DNA of 64,000 nt, taken from an uncultured Acidobacteriota bacterium (lineage in GTDB: Bacteria; Acidobacteriota; Polarisedimenticolia; J045). The notes under the pieces are model-generated. The model ran no database searches. It was not told where the DNA came from and saw only the letters and a program-made list of their open reading frames with translations. The stretch spans positions 96,001-160,000 of the forward strand of contig CAVPCQ010000017.1 of NCBI GenBank assembly GCA_963702425.1. The letters run 5' to 3'. The position numbers and the translations under genes are program-made. Positions 30,801-39,353 of this stretch are shown in pieces. Each line of letters begins with the position of its first letter. Positions within the stretch are counted from its first letter, which is position 1.

Positions 30801-31748
30801 TCACGGCTTGCGCCCCGAGCGGCGGGCTTGCCACAGCGCAGCCTGTTCTTCGTTCACCCGTCGCGTGGCGTCGCGCTTGCCGTACCGGAGGCACATGAGC
30901 TGATAGCGGCGCAGGAAAGGGCGAAACCCGGGCAGATCGTAACGGGGCACACCGCGCGCCCAGCTCGAGAAATAGCTCCACAACATGGCCGCGCTCCCTA
31001 CGAGGACGGGGTGCCTCGGAACGCGGTACAGAGCACTCACAACGAAGTACAGCGGAGAGGTGCCCATGAAGTACTGGCCGTACCCGGTGCGCAGCCTCCC
31101 GGCCCAGATCCCATTCTGGCTCGAGCCCATGGGGCGCAGGTGGACGAAGCGGAGGGAGTCGTCGTCAACGCTCTCCGCGATCCAGCCCAGCATGCGACAG
31201 CAGTGGCAGTCGATTCCGTCCCACATGATCGTTCTCTCGAAGCCCCCGATCTCGCTGAAGCAGGCGGCGCGGTAGAACTTCGACGCGCCGACTGACATCT
31301 CGTCACCACACACCTCCGGTACGAGTCGGCCGGTGGAGGGGTGCACGAAGTAGGGTTTTCCGGACGTCGTTCCGATCCGTGGGTTCGACTCCATCCGTTG
31401 CATGAGCCCTTCGAAATAGCGGGGCGGGAGCTCGAGGTCGAGATCCAGCTTGCACAGGTAGTCGAAGGCCCCGGTGTCGACGACCCCCAGCCCCGTGCGA
31501 AAGGCCTCGATGACGCCGGGGCCCACGGCGCGACCGCCCCTGTCGGAGCGTCGGACGACCTGGAGGTACGGTAGCCGTCTTTCGTACTCGCCGAGAATCG
31601 CTGGCGTCGCATCGGTCGAGCCGTCGTCAACGATCACCCAGAGAGCAGGGGGAATCGACTGGGCGACGACGCTATCCAGGGTGCGGCGCATGAAGCTCGC
31701 TTCGTCGCGGCAGGGGGAGATCAGTGCGTATCTGCGCTCACTTGCCAT
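30801..31748 (-). CDS. Glycosyltransferase family 2
   Basis: ISPCRDE, IVDDGSTD, KLDLD, WDGID. Confidence 0.92.
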   Translation of the reverse strand: MASERRYALISPCRDEASFMRRTLDSVVAQSIPPALWVIVDDGSTDATPAILGEYERRLPYLQVVRRSDRGGRAVGPGVIEAFRTGLGVVDTGAFDYLCKLDLDLELPPRYFEGLMQRMESNPRIGTTSGKPYFVHPSTGRLVPEVCGDEMSVGASKFYRAACFSEIGGFERTIMWDGIDCHCCRMLGWIAESVDDDSLRFVHLRPMGSSQNGIWAGRLRTGYGQYFMGTSPLYFVVSALYRVPRHPVLVGSAAMLWSYFSSWARGVPRYDLPGFRPFLRRYQLMCLRYGKRDATRRVNEEQAALWQARRSGRKP

Positions 31749-31981
31749 AGGGGAGTATCGCGTACGGTTTCAGGATCTTCAACATGGGGCTCCTGTCAGC
31801 AATCCAAGCCCGCCGGGCGTGCTGTCCGAGAGCCCTTGACCACCGTGACGACGTTCATTGAATCCCAGGAGTGGAGGAACTACGTTTTCGGGGGCACCGT
31901 AGCCCGACGAATGAAGAGCCACGCCCGGCCTGTCACGGCCCGCGATCTAGGCAGCCGTGAGACCCCGGAAGGAGTAACCGC

Positions 31982-34192
31982 ATGTGGGCCCGCCGCGCCG
32001 TGCCGCCTCGCCTGCTCGTGCTCGTACCGCTCTACGCCTTCGGACTAGGGCCGGCAGGCGCCGCCTGGGAGGCGCGGGTCGAACGCGAAGTGACGCAAGA
32101 GGAGACCCGTACAGAGAAGTTGCGCGACGCCGCTGGACGCTCCGCCGAGGTTGACGGCTTGAAGGGGGACGGCATTGCGCCCGCGAAGGCGGAGCGGCAA
32201 CCGGGGAGCAGGGGATCGGCGGCGAGTTCGTCGTCCCTCCTCGGAGCGCGCTGTAGCAGCTTTGGCGGGAGTAGGGCCGGCCGGGGCGAACTGATCCAGA
32301 AGCCGCGTTTCTACACGTCCGAGGACCTCCCTGTGGGTCGTGTCGCCTCCCGCGGTGACGCGAACCGGAGGTCCGCATTGTCGGGCGGCCTGGATCCTCA
32401 GCCACGACCGGACCTGGACTCCTTTCCGGGGCTGGAAAGCCCGCCTGCCCAGACCGGTACGATCGCCGCGCCACAACCGACACCTGCCAGGAAGCCGAGG
32501 TTCGAGCATCTGCGTGGGCTCGGGCCTCGGAGTTGGCCCTTGCCACAACGCCCGCCTGGGCCGGGTTTAGATCCCCGTGACGTCGGGGCGGGTGTCATTC
32601 CGGTCGAACGCCTCACGGCGTGGGACCCGGGGATTCCGGGGGGGATACCGACCTATCACACGGTCTGTGCCACGATCGACGCGTCCAGCTACGGCAACGG
32701 CACGGTGGACTCGACGGCCGGCATCCAGGCGGCGATCGACGCGTGCCCGGCCGGTCAGGTCGTCCAGCTCTCGGCAGGGACGTTTCTGGTCAACGGATAT
32801 CACCCCATCTTCGTGAACAAGAGCATCGTGCTGCGCGGTGCCGGGCCGCGGGCCACCCTGCTGACGAAATCGTCCATGAACGACAACCCGCTCGTATTGA
32901 TCGGTGAGCGGTGGAACTCCGAGGTCGCCTCGGTCAACCTCACGGAGAGTGCCCCTAGGGGAGCGAGGTCGGTGCAGGTGTCCGACACCGCCGGCTTTCG
33001 CGTCGGCCAGCTTGTGACCTTGACCGAGCTGACGGACGACTCCTACGTCTACTGGGGCACCAACCCAGCCGCCGCGGAGGGCGGCGCCGCCAGGGGCTGG
33101 TTCACGCGCTACGATCGACCCGTCGGGCAGATGCTCGAGGTCGCGTCCGTGAGCGACAGGATCATCGGGTTCACCACCCCCCTCCACATCGCATTCGACA
33201 TCGCACGCGCGCCGCAGCTGACGCGGTACTCGATTCCCTACGGCGCGAAGTTCGCCGGCGTCGAGGACCTCCAGCTGCACGGAGGCCGCGACGACAACAT
33301 CACCCTCCGCCTCGCCATGTACTCTTGGGTCCGGAACGTCGAGTCCGTGAACTCATTAGGCGACAGCGTCGGGTTGGACCGATGCTTCCGCTGCGTTGTC
33401 CGGAACAGCTACTTCCACGACTCCGCGAACCCCACGCCTGGCGGGGGCGGCTATCTGCTCGCGCTGTCGACCTACACCGCGGACAGCCTCGTTGAGAACT
33501 CCATCTTTGTTGGCGGAAACAAGGTGATGGTCATGCGGGCCTCCGGAGGAGGCAACGTCATCGGTTACAACTACTTCGACGACGGCTACATCGACTACAA
33601 CCGAGGGTGGATGGAAACGGGGCTGAACGCGTCACACCTCGCCTGTCCGCACTTCGAGCTGTTCGAAGGGAACCAGGCCTTCAACGCGGACGGAGACGAC
33701 ACCTGGGGCGGTGCCGTCTACATCACTTTCTTCCGCAACCACCTGACCGGAAAACGGCGCTCGTTCGACGACGTCTCGAACCGGCGGGCGATCGGCCTCA
33801 TGTACGGGCACTACTACTACAGCTTCGTGGGCAACGTGCTCGGCACTCCGGACCAGGATCCGGCGCCCTTCTCCGGGTTCGCCTACGAGGACGACTATCC
33901 GTGGGAGAGCGACCCGATCGGCCTGTGGCGGATCGGGTACGCGCCGGGGGACTGGAACGCGCCGCCCGATCCACGGGTCGTCGGCACGCTCCACCGGCAC
34001 GCCAACTTCGACTACGCGACACACTCGATCATGTGGGCCACCGGCTGGTCCGACACTCTGCCAGACTCGCTGTACCTCGCCAGCAAGCCCGCCTTCTTCG
34101 GTGCTTACCTCTGGCCCTGGGTCGATGCGACCGGAGCCACCAACCTGCACACCCTGCCCGCCCGGGCCAGATTCGAGGCCGGAGGCTGGTAG
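31982..34192 (+). CDS. Right-handed beta-helix (pectate-lyase-like) polysaccharide-active protein; true start uncertain
   Basis: WDPGIPGGIP, DSTAGIQAAID, LSAGTF, VLRGAG, ENSIF/GNVIGYN/FEGN ladders. The first ~200 aa are low-complexity and may not be coding. Confidence 0.8.
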   Translation: MWARRAVPPRLLVLVPLYAFGLGPAGAAWEARVEREVTQEETRTEKLRDAAGRSAEVDGLKGDGIAPAKAERQPGSRGSAASSSSLLGARCSSFGGSRAGRGELIQKPRFYTSEDLPVGRVASRGDANRRSALSGGLDPQPRPDLDSFPGLESPPAQTGTIAAPQPTPARKPRFEHLRGLGPRSWPLPQRPPGPGLDPRDVGAGVIPVERLTAWDPGIPGGIPTYHTVCATIDASSYGNGTVDSTAGIQAAIDACPAGQVVQLSAGTFLVNGYHPIFVNKSIVLRGAGPRATLLTKSSMNDNPLVLIGERWNSEVASVNLTESAPRGARSVQVSDTAGFRVGQLVTLTELTDDSYVYWGTNPAAAEGGAARGWFTRYDRPVGQMLEVASVSDRIIGFTTPLHIAFDIARAPQLTRYSIPYGAKFAGVEDLQLHGGRDDNITLRLAMYSWVRNVESVNSLGDSVGLDRCFRCVVRNSYFHDSANPTPGGGGYLLALSTYTADSLVENSIFVGGNKVMVMRASGGGNVIGYNYFDDGYIDYNRGWMETGLNASHLACPHFELFEGNQAFNADGDDTWGGAVYITFFRNHLTGKRRSFDDVSNRRAIGLMYGHYYYSFVGNVLGTPDQDPAPFSGFAYEDDYPWESDPIGLWRIGYAPGDWNAPPDPRVVGTLHRHANFDYATHSIMWATGWSDTLPDSLYLASKPAFFGAYLWPWVDATGATNLHTLPARARFEAGGW

Positions 34193-34567
34193 TCGCGAAG
34201 GCGAGGCGCTCGCGGGCCAACCGAGATCCGGGTCCAGGGGCCTGAGCACACACTGCAAGTGTCCCAGCTGCCGGCCGTCACGCCCAGCTCGGTCGCGTCC
34301 GTCAAACCCACGGCGGGGCCTGATACCCCGACTGGGGAAGCATGGAATCGCGCTGCGTGCGAACCGGCGATCTCGCGACCGTCCTCCAGGCCTGGACGCG
34401 CTGACCCGCCGGCGCCGTCGCGAGGCTCCCGAACTGGGCCCCGGTGCGCGCGACGACGGCGACCAAGCTGCAATCGGTGCCGTCGGACCGGGGAACCGAC
34501 GCTGGCAGAAGGCTTCGCCTGGACCTCTGGAAGTGCGCCAAGGGCCGGCATTACACTGTAGGAGAGC

Positions 34568-37417
34568 ATGGCTAGCGATCTCGGACGCACGCGTATGGAT
34601 ACGACGAGGAACTCGGCGACCCCAGACGATTCGCTCGTGCCGCGACGGGTGCGCCCGCTGGGCGTACCCGCGGCCTGGACCGGGGCCGAGTCGATACGGG
34701 TCTACCCCGCGGCTCGCCTCGACCAACTCGTCGCGCGTCAGGCCGAGCGGACCCCCGAGGCCATCGCCCTCAGCGACGGCCCGACGACCGTCAGCTACGC
34801 CCAGTTGATGCGGGACGCGCACAGGCTCGCCCACGTGCTCTGTGCACGCGGCATCGACCGTGAGGACCTGGTTGCCGTGTCTCTCGACCGATCGATCGAC
34901 CAGATCGTGAGCGTTCTCGGCGTCCTGCTGTCAGGCGCGGCATTCGTGCCGATCGATCCACAGGGGCCGGCGGAACGACGCCGCTTCATGCTGGAAGACG
35001 CCCAGCCGCGCGCGATCGTGACCAACGCGGCGTCTGCCGGCTCGATTCCCTCCGAGCTTCGCAGGATCGTCGTCTCTTCCGCATCGTTCGGCCAGGCGCA
35101 CGCGGAGCCCGGTGCCGGGAGTGCGCCGCTGCCGCTGACCGGAACGCCGCAGGATCTCGCATACGCGATCTACACATCCGGCTCCACCGGCACACCGAAG
35201 GGCGTGCTCAATCAGCACGACGGCGTGTCGAACCACCTGGCATGGATGGCGGAAACGTTTCCCCTCTCCACCGATGACCGCGTGCTCGTCAAGGCGCCGG
35301 CAGTGTTCGATGTCGCCGTCTGGGAATGGTTCTGGCCGCTCTCCCAGGGTGCGTGCCTCGTCCTGGCGCCTCCGGGCACCGACAAGGACCCGCGCAGCCT
35401 GCTCGACGCAATCGAAGCCCACCAGATCACGAACATTCACTTCGTGCCGACGCTGCTCCGCGTCTTGCTGGAGCGCCCGGATCTCGATCGCTGTCGGTCG
35501 CTGCAGCGGGTGTTCTGCAGCGGTGAAGCGGTGGCCGCGGACCTTCGTGATCGGTTCTTCGACCGCGTTCCGGGGAGACCTGTGCTGATCGACCTGTATG
35601 GCCCGACCGAAGCCGCCGTGCACGTCACCGCCTGGGTGTGCACGCCCGGAGAGACCGGACCGGTCCCGATAGGCCATCCGCTGCCCAATGTCCGGGCGTA
35701 CATCGTCGATCACGATCTCAACCCCGTGCCCGAGGGCGTTCGCGGCGAATTGCTGATCGGCGGCGTGCAGGTCGCGCGCGGCTATCTGCGCCGTCCCGAG
35801 TTGACGCGCGAGCAGTTCGTTCCGGATCCGTTTGTCGAGGATCCGGACGCGCGGTGCTATCGCACGGGCGACTGCGTCGCCTGGCGCGCAGACGGCGCGA
35901 TCGACTTCTTCGGCCGCTACGACTCACAGGTGAAGCTGGGCGGCGTGCGCGTGGAGCTGGGCGAGGTCGAGGCGGCGCTGCGCCTCCATCCGGCGGTCGG
36001 CGACGCGGCTGCCGTCGTACGGGAGGACGGAGAGTCGAAGCGGATCGTCGCCTATCTGCGACGTGCGCACGCCGGTGACACGCGGCCGGATCCCACGGTC
36101 GAGAGCCTACGCCGCTTCCTGGCCGACAGGCTGCCGGCCTACATGACGCCCGGCTGGTATGTGTGGCTCGACCGCTTTCCCGCCACGCCGACGGGCAAGC
36201 TGGATCGTCGAGCGCTACCGAATCCCGACGCGTCCCGGTTGTCGACCGAACGGGCGTTCGAACCCCCGGTCGCAGGCACCGAGGCGCATCTGGCGAAACT
36301 CTGGCGCGACGAGCTGAAGATCGATCAGGTCGGGCGGCACGACGACTTTCACCTGCTCGGCGGCGACTCGCTGGGCGCGATGCGGCTGTTTGAGCGGATT
36401 CGCGACACGTTTGGCGTGGACCTCCCGCTGGCAACGCTGTTCGAGGCTCGAACCGTCGCGGAACTCGCCGTACTGTTGCGGGATCGGATCGAGGGGAGCA
36501 CGCCGCCTGAATCGGGCGATCGCACGCGCCTTGAGACCGGCGTGCCGGCCATAACCCGTCCAGCCCTGCGCTCACTGGTCGCGGTGCAAAACGGAGCCGG
36601 CCGGACCCCGCTTTTCGTCGTGCACGGTGCTGGAGGCAACGTCCTCAACATCTGGGACCTGGCGCGGGCAATGAGTCCGAAGCAGGCCGTCTTCGGCCTC
36701 CAGGCCTCTGGCATCGATGGCGTCAGCCCACCGGGAGCGACGATCGAGCAGATGGCGCAGACCTACCTCGACGAGGTTCGGGCGGTGCAGCCACAAGGCC
36801 CCTACATGCTGGCCGGATACTCCGGTGGCGGCGTCATCGCATTCGAGATGGCGCGGAGACTGGACGAGGCGGGGGAAGCGATCGGGGTGCTCGCCTTCAT
36901 CGATACGTTTCATCCGCAGATGCGGCTCCCGCAGATCAACGCGTTGACTCGGCTCGAGCGGCTTCGTCGCGAAGGGATGCCGTATGTCCGTGATGCCTTC
37001 GACAGGCTGCGCAAGTCCCGCCAGGACGCTCGTGACGAGCGGCGACTCGAGGAGCATCTGGCGGCGGGCGAGCCGATCCCACTCGCCCTGCGTGAGCTGT
37101 ACCTGATTCGCAACTTCCAACACGCGGCGCGCCGGTACACACCGCCGGCGTGGCCGGGGAAGGTGCTGTTGTTCAGGGCCGAGCAGGTCGATTACTACTA
37201 CCGGGCCGGCGGCCCGGTCTACGGATGGGACGAGACCGTCCTGGGCGGCATCGAGATCATTCCGATCCCGGGCGATCACGACACGTTATTGCTCGGCGCC
37301 AACGCCCAGCGCATTGCGCACCGCCTCGGCCAGGCGATCGACGAAGTGGAGGCCCGAGGGGCGATCAGGACAGGGAGGGATAGACGAAGCGGAGCGCCAG
37401 AACGTACTGCAGATTGA
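34568..37417 (+). CDS. Stand-alone single-module NRPS (A-PCP-TE)
   Basis: YTSGSTGTPKG, FDVAVWE, YGPTE, YRTGD, TGKLDR; GGDSL; GYSGGG and GDH. No condensation domain. Confidence 0.93.
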   Translation: MASDLGRTRMDTTRNSATPDDSLVPRRVRPLGVPAAWTGAESIRVYPAARLDQLVARQAERTPEAIALSDGPTTVSYAQLMRDAHRLAHVLCARGIDREDLVAVSLDRSIDQIVSVLGVLLSGAAFVPIDPQGPAERRRFMLEDAQPRAIVTNAASAGSIPSELRRIVVSSASFGQAHAEPGAGSAPLPLTGTPQDLAYAIYTSGSTGTPKGVLNQHDGVSNHLAWMAETFPLSTDDRVLVKAPAVFDVAVWEWFWPLSQGACLVLAPPGTDKDPRSLLDAIEAHQITNIHFVPTLLRVLLERPDLDRCRSLQRVFCSGEAVAADLRDRFFDRVPGRPVLIDLYGPTEAAVHVTAWVCTPGETGPVPIGHPLPNVRAYIVDHDLNPVPEGVRGELLIGGVQVARGYLRRPELTREQFVPDPFVEDPDARCYRTGDCVAWRADGAIDFFGRYDSQVKLGGVRVELGEVEAALRLHPAVGDAAAVVREDGESKRIVAYLRRAHAGDTRPDPTVESLRRFLADRLPAYMTPGWYVWLDRFPATPTGKLDRRALPNPDASRLSTERAFEPPVAGTEAHLAKLWRDELKIDQVGRHDDFHLLGGDSLGAMRLFERIRDTFGVDLPLATLFEARTVAELAVLLRDRIEGSTPPESGDRTRLETGVPAITRPALRSLVAVQNGAGRTPLFVVHGAGGNVLNIWDLARAMSPKQAVFGLQASGIDGVSPPGATIEQMAQTYLDEVRAVQPQGPYMLAGYSGGGVIAFEMARRLDEAGEAIGVLAFIDTFHPQMRLPQINALTRLERLRREGMPYVRDAFDRLRKSRQDARDERRLEEHLAAGEPIPLALRELYLIRNFQHAARRYTPPAWPGKVLLFRAEQVDYYYRAGGPVYGWDETVLGGIEIIPIPGDHDTLLLGANAQRIAHRLGQAIDEVEARGAIRTGRDRRSGAPERTAD

Positions 37418-39086
37418 ATCGCGTGAACCACACCAAGGTCTTCTTGAGGCCTTGCGGCGGGTCGACCGCGGCCTCGAAGCGCCCGTCGCCCCGCCCGTAG
37501 TGGACCATCGTCTCCGTGCCGTACCCGGAGGGTGGATCATCTGCGGGAAGAACGAGGAGATCGGGAAGGCCGTCGTCATCGAGGTCGTGGAGCAACTGGC
37601 CCCAGTTCGATCCGATGATGCTCGTGACGGCGCCCGGCTCGAAGGTGCCGTCGCCTCGACCGAGGAAGGGCCGGACGTACTCGTCTGGAAGCGGTTCGAG
37701 GGAAGCCAGGAGGTCGAGCGTGCCGTCTGCATCGAGGTCGCCCGGGAAGAGCCGCGTGGGCCACGGTCCGAAGGACTCCCGGTAGCGGTCCGGCTCGACG
37801 AAGCGGGGACCGGGGAGGCCGCGGTACCAGACGAGGCCGTATTTGGGAAAGGAGTCATTCCATCCGGATGGGGCCGGCGTGAGCACCGCGTCGCGTACCC
37901 CGTCACCGTCGAGATCGCGCGCATCGATCAGCCCCGGCTGTCCCTGGCTGCGCTCTCCGACGATCGGTTCCGCATCCGGGCGGGAGAGCAGGAGCTGGTA
38001 GCCATAGCCCGGACCGCCGTCCCACGCCCCCGGGTTGAACCGCAGCACGATGTCCTCGAGGCCGTCGTCGTCGAGCTGCATCGGTTCCGCTGCGCTGGTG
38101 CCGGGCGGAATCTCGACCGCCCTCCGCCAAGCGAACGATGACCCTGCGGCGTCCCAGCGATACGCGACCAGTTGTGCCGTCGTGCCGCCCGACAGGATCA
38201 TTTGGACCAGGATGTCCGGCAGGCCCGGGCCGGACCGGCCAAGTATGCTCCGCACGTAGGAATAGCCGCCCACGAATGTCGGGCTCCACGAGGCGAGCGG
38301 ATCGCGAGCGTCGCCGAGCAACACGATGAACGCGGTGCCGTCCTCCGTGGAGCGCGTCACGATGTCATCGTCCCCGTCGCCGTCGACATCCGCTGCCTCT
38401 GCGCTCGCAGCGAAGCGGAACGGGAGGCGCGCCTCGAGCACCAGCGACCAGCCGGTCCCTTCCCCGAGGCCATAGGCGCGCACGACGTACTGTTCCAGGA
38501 TCGCGAACTCGCTGCGACCGTCGCCGTCGAAGTCACCGACTGCCGAGACCGCCCACTCCTCGGGGAACTCGAAGGCCTCGCTCGGCGCGAAGCGCCCGCC
38601 GCCCAGGCCGCGAAACAGCTCGATCCGCGAAGGGGCCTCGTCAGGGCGCGGAACGAGGTGGAGGAGCAGATCGAGCGTGCCATCCCCGTCGAAGTCGGCG
38701 TCGTAGAACCTCACACGCTCGAGATACTCGCTGATCGGATTCCCCGTGGCGATGCACTCGCTCCCGAAGCGCGGGCCAGGCCCGAAGCGGACGCGGAGGA
38801 TCGAGTGGGAGACCTCCGGAGCGAGTTCGGCGTGCGGAAGAGTCAGCGTGCTCCTCACCAGCAGGAGCAATTCGGGGCTTCCGTCCGCGTCGACGTCGGC
38901 CCTGTGGGTCGCCTCGATACGCTGATCCCCCAGCTCGAGCGGCAGCGGAAGCTGCGCGTGTCGGCGCGTGCACGCGGACGCTCCCGCGTCGGTCACGGTA
39001 CCGGTCGCAGCCAGCAGCGCCAGTACCAAGGGACTGCAGGTGAGAAAAGAGCGAATGACCGATTGACGGAGGCACCAGCAGGCCAT
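37365..39086 (-). CDS. Secreted FG-GAP/VCBS repeat protein
   Basis: Signal peptide; multiple DxDGDGxxD repeats; GxGDGxF. Confidence 0.88.
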   Translation of the reverse strand: MACWCLRQSVIRSFLTCSPLVLALLAATGTVTDAGASACTRRHAQLPLPLELGDQRIEATHRADVDADGSPELLLLVRSTLTLPHAELAPEVSHSILRVRFGPGPRFGSECIATGNPISEYLERVRFYDADFDGDGTLDLLLHLVPRPDEAPSRIELFRGLGGGRFAPSEAFEFPEEWAVSAVGDFDGDGRSEFAILEQYVVRAYGLGEGTGWSLVLEARLPFRFAASAEAADVDGDGDDDIVTRSTEDGTAFIVLLGDARDPLASWSPTFVGGYSYVRSILGRSGPGLPDILVQMILSGGTTAQLVAYRWDAAGSSFAWRRAVEIPPGTSAAEPMQLDDDGLEDIVLRFNPGAWDGGPGYGYQLLLSRPDAEPIVGERSQGQPGLIDARDLDGDGVRDAVLTPAPSGWNDSFPKYGLVWYRGLPGPRFVEPDRYRESFGPWPTRLFPGDLDADGTLDLLASLEPLPDEYVRPFLGRGDGTFEPGAVTSIIGSNWGQLLHDLDDDGLPDLLVLPADDPPSGYGTETMVHYGRGDGRFEAAVDPPQGLKKTLVWFTRFNLQYVLALRFVYPSLS

Positions 39087-39159
39087 TGGACCTCCCCGAG
39101 GACGAGCATGAGCTTACGCCGAAGGCATAACGAACGCTAGGTTCTGCCCCTCCGAGGGA

Positions 39160-39189
39160 GAGCGGCGTACGGGGTCATGGCGAGGCACA
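39160..39189 (-). mobile_element. Solo left end of the TGT...ACA element family
   Basis: GCGGCGTACGGGGTCATGGCGAGGCACA resembles GCGGACGGGGTTTTTCGCGAAGGACA (13618) and the end at 55738. Confidence 0.6.
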
Positions 39190-39353
39190 GCGCGGAGCGC
39201 GAGCGTGGCGTCGCGGTCCTCCGGCCCGGAGCACGATTTCCTCTTCGCGGTGAGAGAGCGCGGCGAGCCGATCGGCGGGCTGCTTCGACTCCTCAGACGA
39301 TCCGGCCGCAGCCGACTCGGTGATGTCGGACCTGCTCGCGCCCTAGCCGCCGT

